Assembly (NCBI GenBank): GCA_964016885.1
Contig: OZ024766.1
Location: forward strand, 2,790,001 to 2,854,000
DNA length: 64,000 nt
Source: Eledone cirrhosa
Lineage: Eukaryota
Reading direction: 5' to 3'
Shown here: positions 54,151-64,000 of the stretch, piece after piece
How positions within the stretch are numbered: the first letter of the stretch is position 1
How the letters are laid out: every line of letters starts with the position of its first letter
Position numbers and translations under genes: made by a program
Notes under the pieces: generated by a model
Seen by the model: only the letters and a program-made list of their open reading frames with translations
What the model was told of the DNA's origin: nothing
The model's database searches: none

Positions 54151-54882
54151 CTCCACATTTGTCCAGCAAGATTGAAATGTTGGGAAGGGCTCCCTCCCGC
54201 TTCTCAGAGTTTACCCAACCATTTTTCTTTCAGCGTGTCATTAACGAATCTCACCTCCCAACAAGTAGGAAATGACTAGATTTATAGAAAAACTAGGGTG
54301 AAAGGGAGTGAAAAGACGATCGGAGGTTCACAGATCTACACCCACCTCGCCTTTCGTGGGGAAAAATTAAGTCTTTTTATCTTGTGCTGTCAACTAATCT
54401 GACCCCCAAGGTGCTCCCAATCATCTTTTTCTCCCGGATTAGGGTTTCTGTTCTCCAGATAAAAATCGATTGCCAGAATCTTGGAAGTTAGATTAGTTGA
54501 TAGCACACGAAATAACCGAGGAAAGAAATTATTTTCCCACTGAAATGGAGGGGTATGTTGTATAAATTGACCTAAACTACACATTATAATACAAGGTAGT
54601 GAACAACATGATTAAATAGACGGAGGTAACTTAAATAATAAAGACACTTATAATAACAATCTATTTTATATCACATGTAACAGTAGAATCTAGCTATTGT
54701 AAAATAAGACAACATTTCAGTCTAGAAGTATTTTCCTGTATATAAAAGTGACGAGGAAGAAATATGTCCAAAGTTGTTAAATATTTTCACTTGTATATAA
54801 TTACTGTATCGTTGAAAGGTTCACATAATTCTATTATTTACACACATTATTATAGACTTCAAGTAAATCTTTCTCAACTTAC

Positions 54883-55146
54883 CCTCTTCCCATGTAATCA
54901 ATGTGTTGTATTCTTATATTTTATTAAACAAAGAAATAATCTTTATGTTGTTGAATAAGAATTTGCAAAGATTTCATCAGCTTTTCTTTGTCCGCCATTA
55001 ACGTTGGTGTATCTTCATATTCTTTAGCCACAGATTCGTATCTTGTCACCATGAAGAAGTGAAGGAAGCTTCATTTGTTTAGCCAGAAAATTATATATTC
55101 CTGGTTGTCTTTGCAATATGACCTCTTACTCTCTACGCACGTGCGT

Positions 55147-55150
<4 letters not shown>
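54883..55150 (-). promoter_or_regulatory. Putative exon 1/promoter of gene 7 (donor at 54882, uORF ATG at 54998, palindrome TACGCACGTGCGTA at 55134-55147)
   Basis: Conserved donor and AATGGCGG motif; E-box-centred palindrome. Confidence 0.65.
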
Positions 55151-55209
<59 letters not shown>

Positions 55210-55704
55210 ATATATAAATATATATATGTATATATATAATTATATAGAAAAGATGAATGTAAAATGAAAGTGCTTTTTTTTAAAAAAAGGGAATTTATTT
55301 GGTATTGACATATGTTTCTGTAACAGACGGAATACCTATGTATCGCTGCTTGCGTAATCATATAATGTTAGCACGTATTCGATAGCAAATGTATAAACAG
55401 TTGTCACTTCTTCAGAGATTTTGGATAAATTTGATAAAATCAGAAATATTTAAGTATTCATATTAGTAATAGAGGAAGAAGAGAGGGGATAGTATATGAC
55501 AGATGGCAATTCAATTTACTGCTAAAGTATATAAAGGGTTTCTAATGAGAATACAATGAGTAAATGGTTTATTTTATCTAAATAAGAATTTTTGGGAGTG
55601 CCAATTTTAATCTATACTTGACCAATTGGACAGTGGACAGGGCTAGTCATTTGGTGTAGTAGTATGAATTATAAAGTGTCAATTGGGGAAGGGGGAGATT
55701 TCGA

Positions 55705-56255
<551 letters not shown>

Positions 56256-56330
56256 ACGAAGTGTCGTAAGGAACCAGGTGGACCATAACGCACCAGAGTA
56301 CTCGATACTTAGGGTAGTAGAGTGGGTAAA

Positions 56331-56443
56331 AGGAAAAGAGTCAAGACTCCGACGGCAGAGCTCAAGCTGTTTCGACGACTATTTCGGTCCAGAAATAGCC
56401 GTCGAAACGGCTACAGCTCTGCCGCCGGGGTCCTGACTCTTTT

Positions 56444-56446
<3 letters not shown>
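56331..56446. other. 116-nt GC-rich imperfect palindrome/hairpin
   Basis: aggaaaagagtca...gactatttc ggtcca gaaatagcc...tgactcttttcct pairs end to end. Confidence 0.85.
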
Positions 56447-56480
<34 letters not shown>

Positions 56481-56699
56481 CGTTTTTTAATGCTTTGCAA
56501 GATTATTTTTACCTGAAAACTTATGTTGAAACAGATATTGTTCTACTTTGGGAGGGTCATTCTGCCAATTAAAACACACACTCCCGTTGTTTTTCAATTC
56601 AATTTATTCTAAATTTCAGGTTGGTTGGTTTAATAACCGGAAGGTTTATATATTGCCAAAGCCCTTTCATCACACATTGTGACCTCCTCATTGACTGAT

Positions 56700-57500
56700 T
56701 TCTTATTTTGTGTCTCTCCTGTCCTACACCAACTTGTTTTATCGAACGCTGTAGCGCCAGAGGACTGTGTCATTCCCATTGGGAGATTTCGTTGAGTCAG
56801 GTCTGCCTTTATCGTTTCATCCCACGTCTTCTCTAGGTGCCTCCTGTAGCCTTTAAAGTCCTGCACCACTTTAAACAGCTGTCATCCTTCATGTGCATCC
56901 TATGACCATACCACCACGGTCTTCTACCCTGCACACAGCATTTGATCCCTCTTATGCCCTGTTTTGCCCCTAATACATATACACTTTGCTGTTCATGTAC
57001 AACTTTGTTACACAGCCATCTGATCATATAGACTTTGTTTCTTTCCAATCTCCATAGGCCCTCAGCACGCAGAGCCCATATTTTGCTACCATGTAGCCTT
57101 TCTGAGTGCACACAGGCATTGTAAAGTTTGCTTTTTATCTAGAGTGAGATACCTTTTGTAGTTAACAGTTGCAGCAGCTCCCTCAACATTTTCTAACCCC
57201 CTCTTATCCTTGCAACTCTGCTTTATGCACAGTCTCCTCCTCAGCTGATTTTGTTCCCAAGATAGAAGAAGCTATCAGCAATTTCTATGGGGTCTTCTGT
57301 GCAATTAAGGGCGCCTGCTATGTGAAGGTCTTTGCCTACTTCCCTTGTGCAGCGTTCACATATCAAGTTGGTTTCTCTTGTGATGCTGCCAGTTTCCTCA
57401 CTACATCACGTGTGTACCCACTATCTGCATTTGGTACACTAGATACAATTCCTACCTACTCCTTTCCTGCACACTAAGCAGAGCCATTTCCCAGAGTATA
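56700..57500 (-). mobile_element. Degenerate RTE-clade LINE, RT C-terminal region
   Basis: LHGSKIWAL...RLERN...MIRWLC...RRPWWYGH matches the RTE motif LYGSETW...RMLRW...RLRWYGHV. Confidence 0.8.
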
Positions 57501-57904
57501 ATATTTGGTTAAAATATATTTTATAACACCCCTAAAAAATGTTTCTCGTCAGTAAAGAACTAACATCCAATACATTTTACACATATGTATCATCTATTGA
57601 CAATATGACATTTTAATAAAATGAGAGTTCTCTGATCATTATTTTACAAATGTATTTATCCGTGAAGTGCGAAAGGTTGGCGACCATTGCTCCATGTAGA
57701 GTGGTTGGTTTTAGGAAGGGGCATCCAATCATAGAATCTATGTCAAAAAAAGATTGAGAGGACCCTGCAGCTATGTGAAGGGCATGACAACCTCTCCAGT
57801 GTTGGTGATACAAAATTGCATCCTCACCCAACAGACAAATATGACAGCATAGACCTTTGAGTGATGACAAATATTCACTTCAAAACCCCCAATGTCCATT
57901 CAGT

Positions 57905-58055
57905 CTACAACATTATGGGATAGAGGGTCCCTTACTCATACACAACAGGAAATGTGGGTGTTGCCCTCTAAATATTTCTTGTGGCCAGCTACAGTATTAG
58001 GTCATGGGATAGAGGGTCCCTCAATTATACACTACAACAGGGAATGTGGGTGTTG
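57905..58055. repeat. 92-bp VNTR, ~2 diverged copies, no MITE
   Basis: Same unit as 4135-5975. Confidence 0.75.
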
Positions 58056-58199
58056 CCAAAAAATAAATTTAAGAAGACAACTATCAGATATGAGAATAAC
58101 TTTAATCACATTTAAAAATAAAATAAAAAAATATTTAGAAGCTGTAGAAATACTAAGGGTTTCCTTGTGATATTAGTTGACAATAAGTTTATATATGTA

Positions 58200-59430
<1,231 letters not shown>

Positions 59431-60894
59431 TCACAGTGATGAGGCTTCTCCTGTGTGACTATGTTTGTGCATAGTTAAATGACCTAACAGAGAGAATGAT
59501 TTATCACAGACATTACAGTGATAAGGTTTCTCTCCTGTATGACTACGTTTGTGTATATTTAAGGCACTTGTACGAGAGAATGATTTACCACAGAAATCAC
59601 AGTGATAAGGTTTCTCTCCTGTATGAATACGCTTGTGTTTGGTTACGTCACTTGTATGAGAAAATGATTTACCACAGATATCACAGTGATAAGGTTTCTC
59701 TCCTGTATGACTACGTTTGTGCTTGGTTACGTCACTTGTAGAAGAGAATGATTTACCACAGATATCACAGGGATAAGGCTTCTCTCCTGTATGACTACGT
59801 TTGTGCAAAGTTAAATGACCTAACTGAGAGAATGATTTACCACAGATATCACAGGGATAAGGCTTTTCTCCTGTATGACTACGTTTGTGCAAAGTTAAAT
59901 GACCTATCTGAGAGAATGATTTACCACAGATATCACAGGAATAAGGCTTCTCTCCTGTATGAATACGTTTGTGAATTGTTAAATGACGTAACTGAGATAA
60001 TGATTTACCACAGATATCACAGGGATAAGGTTTCTCTCCTGTATGACTACGTTTGTGTACATTTAAGGGATTTGTACCACAGAATGATTTACCACAGATA
60101 TCACAGGGATAAGGTTTCTCTCCTGTATGACTACGTTTGTGTGCAGTTAAGGGACTTGCACCAGAGAATGATTTACCACAGACATCACACCGATAAGGTA
60201 TCTCTCCTGTATGAATACCCTTGTGTTTGGTTAAGTCACTTTTATGAGAGAATGATTTACCACAGAAAGCACAGTGATAAGGTTTCTCTCCTGTATGAAT
60301 ACACTTATGTTTGGTTAACTCACTTTTATGAGAGAATGATTTACCACAGACATCACAGGGATAAGGTTTCTCTCCTGTATGAATACGTTTGTGTATAGTT
60401 TCATCACCTTTATGAGAGAATGATTTACCACAGATATCACAGGGATAAGGTTTCTCTCCTGTATGACTACGTATGTGTATAGTTAAGGAACTTGTACAAG
60501 AGAATGATTTACCACAGACATCACAGGGATAAGGTTTCTCTCCTGTATGAGTACGTTTGTGTATAGTTATGCCACTTGTACAAGAGAATGATTTACCACA
60601 GATATCACAGGGATAAGGTTTCTCTCCTGTATGACTACGTTTGTGTATAGTTAAGGTACTTGACTCAGAGAATGATTTACCACAGATATCACAGGGATAA
60701 GGTTTCTCTCCTGTATGACTACGTTTGTGTATAGTTAAGGCACTTGTACGAGAGAATGATTTACCACAGAAATCACAGTGATGAGATTTCTCTCCTGTAT
60801 GACTACGCTTGTGTTTGGTTATGTCACTTGTACGAGAGAATGATTTACCACAGATATCACAGCAGTATGATGATTTTCCTTCCTCTTCTGACAT
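59431..60894 (-). CDS. C2H2 zinc-finger protein (gene 8), 17 fingers, truncated by frameshift (ends HTGEASSL*)
   Basis: Long intact ORF; ATG at 60894; acceptor at 61288-61289. Confidence 0.8.
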   Translation of the reverse strand: MSEEEGKSSYCCDICGKSFSRTSDITKHKRSHTGEKSHHCDFCGKSFSRTSALTIHKRSHTGEKPYPCDICGKSFSESSTLTIHKRSHTGEKPYPCDICGKSFSCTSGITIHKRTHTGEKPYPCDVCGKSFSCTSSLTIHIRSHTGEKPYPCDICGKSFSHKGDETIHKRIHTGEKPYPCDVCGKSFSHKSELTKHKCIHTGEKPYHCAFCGKSFSHKSDLTKHKGIHTGEIPYRCDVCGKSFSGASPLTAHKRSHTGEKPYPCDICGKSFCGTNPLNVHKRSHTGEKPYPCDICGKSLSQLRHLTIHKRIHTGEKPYSCDICGKSFSQIGHLTLHKRSHTGEKPYPCDICGKSFSQLGHLTLHKRSHTGEKPYPCDICGKSFSSTSDVTKHKRSHTGEKPYHCDICGKSFSHTSDVTKHKRIHTGEKPYHCDFCGKSFSRTSALNIHKRSHTGEKPYHCNVCDKSFSLLGHLTMHKHSHTGEASSL

Positions 60895-61609
60895 CTCTTC
60901 AGGAAAAAATATCAATCTTTTAAGTCTCTTCCTAGAATTTTTTCTCTCAACACAATATATTGATATTTTTGTTTTTACAGTTTATTCCCAACAAATATTT
61001 CCTCTGTTAAATCTCCATCAGCTGTGCTCTTTGTTGACAAATTCCTTTGTAAATTTTTGCAACTTTACTAAGAATGCAGAATCTTCTTGTACACTTTCCA
61101 GATAGGAAGAAGAAAAATCTTTCCATCAACCTCAGTTTAGAAGAAATATTTCACTGTAATTCACCAAATGTTGATATACAAAGACTTATATGAATAGTGT
61201 GTAAAATCTTGTGTTAGTCTTTTAAACAATGATATTGATGTTGTATCTGAAGTTAAAATTTCTCTTCTGTCAATGTCATGTGATATTCTGAAATAACAGA
61301 GAAACAAAATAAGATATAGAGGAGAAGATATTAAAATGTTGTGATTCAACAATGGAAATTTTACCTTTCTTTAATGATAAATAGTCAACATCATCATCGT
61401 TTAACATCCATCTTCCACACTAGTGTAAAATATATATAATGAAAATAAAAATGATTGTGTACAGTGCTCAGGTGCACTACAACTGATAGAATTATGTACA
61501 AATGTCAGGAAAATTAACAGTGTACGAGTCCTGATAAACACACACGTGTTCGTGTGTGTGTATGGACGGGGAATATCAGGTGCAAGTGATGGAAAATTTG
61601 CAGAAGCAT

Positions 61610-61940
61610 GGAAGTTTTGAAGGATACATCAGTGATTCGGATAATGTCTTCAGGAAAGTTTATGAGTTGATCACAGTCGCTGGAGTTAGGGGTAAATCCA
61701 AATTGCGTGGGTCGGATAAGGCTGTGAGAGTTCCAGAGTGGTTCTCTCACATAGGACTCCATCGGTTTGGCGATGCAGCTAGTTAGATTGACTGGACAAT
61801 AGTTAAGAGGTGACATGCGATCACCCTTCTTGAACAAAGGAATGGCACTGGCAGTTTTCCACTGCTCAGAGGTAACTCCATTGTTAAGAGAATTGAAAGA
61901 AGAGTGAAAGCTGGTGCAAAAAAAAGTAACCACTATGTCT
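61610..61940 (-). mobile_element. Degenerate LINE ORF2 fragment
   Basis: WKTASAIPLFKKGDRMSPLNYCPVNLTS. Confidence 0.8.
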
Positions 61941-62077
61941 GAGAAGTGAAAATAAACAATTTCTCTTCGAACGACTGAGGGGTTAGGGTTATAATACAAG
62001 GTTGTGAACAACATGATTTATTAGACTGAGGTTATTTAAATAATTAAGACAGACATGACAAGGTATTAGTATAGAAG

Positions 62078-62263
62078 ATTGGCAGTATCAGTAGAGCGTT
62101 AGACGCAGTGCTTTACACCATAGAGTTATGTCCCTTTACGGTCTGAGTTCAAATCCAGCGGAGGTTAACTTTGCCTTTCATCCTTACAGGGTCGATAAAA
62201 TAAAGTACCAGTAATACACCGGGGTTTTGCTGGCCTTGTGCCAAAAGTAGAAACAATTATTAT
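62078..62263 (+). mobile_element. tRNA-derived SINE (intronic copy)
   Basis: Homologous to 7288-7475. Confidence 0.8.
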
Positions 62264-63079
62264 AGAAGTATACCCTGCTTTGATATCAATAGGGGAAAAC
62301 ATTTTCCCTGTTTCTTTTTTTCGTGTGCTATCAACCAATCTGACCTCCAAGGGGCTCGCAATTGACATTTGTCCAGCAAGATTGAAATGTTGGGAAGGGC
62401 TCCCTCCTGCTTCTCTGAATTGATCCAGCGATTTTTCTTTCAGAGTGTTATTAACGAATCTCACCTCCCAACAAGTAGGAAATGACTAGATTTATAGAAA
62501 AACTAGGGTGAAAGGGAGTGAAAAGACGATCGGAGGTTCACAGATCTACACCCACCTCGCCTTTCGTGGGGAAAAATTAACTCTATTTTTCTTGTGCTGT
62601 CAACTAATCTGACCCCCAAGGTGCTCCCAATCATCTTTTTCTCCCGGGTTAGGGTTTCTGTTCTCCAGATAAAAATCGATTGCCAGAATCTTGGAAGTTA
62701 GATTAGTTGATAGCACACGAAATAATCGAGGAAAGAAATTATTTTCCCACTGAAATGGAGGGGTGTGTTGTATAAATTGACCTAAACTACACATTATAAT
62801 ACAAGGTAGTGAACAACATGATTAAATAGACGGAGGTAATTTAAATAATAAAGACACTTATTTTATATCACATGTAACAGTAGAATCTAGATATTGTAAA
62901 ATAAGACAACATTTCAGTCTAGAAGTATTTTCCTGTATATAAAAGTGACGAGGAAGAAATATGTCCAAAGTTGTTAAATATTTTCACTTGTATATAATTA
63001 CTGTATCGTTGAAAGGTTCACATAATTCTATTAGTTACACACATTATTATAGACTTCAAGTAAATCTTTCTCAACTTAC

Positions 63080-63350
63080 CCTCTTCACATGTAATCAATG
63101 TGTTGTCTTCTTATATTTTATTAAACAAAGAAATAATCTCCTTGTTGTGGTTGAATAAGAATTTCCAAAGATTTCATCAGCTTTTCTTTGTCCGCCATTA
63201 ACATTGGTGTATCTTCTTATTCTTTAGCCACAGATTCGTATCTTGTCACAATTAAGAAGTGAAGGAAGCTTCCTTTGTTTAGCCAGAAAAGTATATATTG
63301 CTGGTTGTCTTTTCAATATGACCTCTTACTCTCTACGCACGTGCGTGCAT
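63080..63350 (-). promoter_or_regulatory. Putative exon 1/promoter of gene 8 (donor at 63079, uORF ATG at 63198, ACGCACGTGCGT palindrome)
   Basis: Conserved donor and AATGGCGG motif. Confidence 0.65.
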
Positions 63351-63351
63351 T

Positions 63352-63388
63352 TTATATATATATATATAATTATGTATATATATATAAT

Positions 63389-63420
<32 letters not shown>

Positions 63421-63502
63421 TATATATATATATATAATTATATATATATATATAATTATATATATATAATTATATATATATATATAATTATATATATATA
63501 TA

Positions 63503-63538
<36 letters not shown>

Positions 63539-63632
63539 TATATATATATATAATTATATATATATATATAATTATATATATATATATATATATATAATTA
63601 TATATATATATATATAATTATATATATGTATA

Positions 63633-63670
<38 letters not shown>

Positions 63671-63750
63671 TACATATATATATATAATTATATATATATA
63701 TATATATATATATAATTATATATATATCTATATATATATATATATATATA
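63352..63750. repeat. (TA)n microsatellite punctuated by TAAT
   Basis: Directly visible. Confidence 0.95.
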
Positions 63751-64000
63751 TTGTTATATTTGGGGAGGGTCATATTTGCGTAATATTGCCAGAATTAATA
63801 ACAGAACACACTCACTGTTTGGTTGGTTTTCGCTTCTCGCTGTCTTTTATATATATATATATCTGCGATGTAACTTACTCGGTCCTCAATGTTGCCATTG
63901 ACTGACCACGCAAACGCATGCGCAAAGAAGACAAAATAAAATAAGATAAACAAACAAGCAAATAAATAAATAAATATATAGACAGACTGAACAAAAAAAA

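Overview
AT-rich, microsatellite-laden eukaryotic DNA. It is most likely from an octopus or other coleoid cephalopod, inferred from the CDICGKSFS-type fingers and the SINE/MITE content rather than proven. The window is a head-to-tail tandem array of ~7-10 kb units. Each unit carries a minus-strand C2H2 zinc-finger gene with no recognisable effector domain (8 genes, 9-19 in-frame fingers each, 130 in total). The inferred gene structure is a non-coding exon 1 with a YY1-like motif and a short uORF, a TE-filled intron, and one coding exon starting MSEEE(G/R)[10 protein letters not shown]. Genes 4, 7 and 8 share one 2-bp frameshift that leaves out-of-frame finger tails. A ninth 'ghost' unit has lost its coding exon. 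Spacers hold an 82-bp minisatellite made from a dead zinc finger, a 92-bp VNTR, a piggyBac-type MITE, tRNA-derived SINEs, LINE fragments, a Penelope GIY-YIG insertion with an inverted terminus, a 66-bp minisatellite and a 116-nt hairpin. The most notable signals are finger shuffling between paralogs, the pool of silent fingers, and CpG-decay diversification of the DNA-contacting -1 residue.
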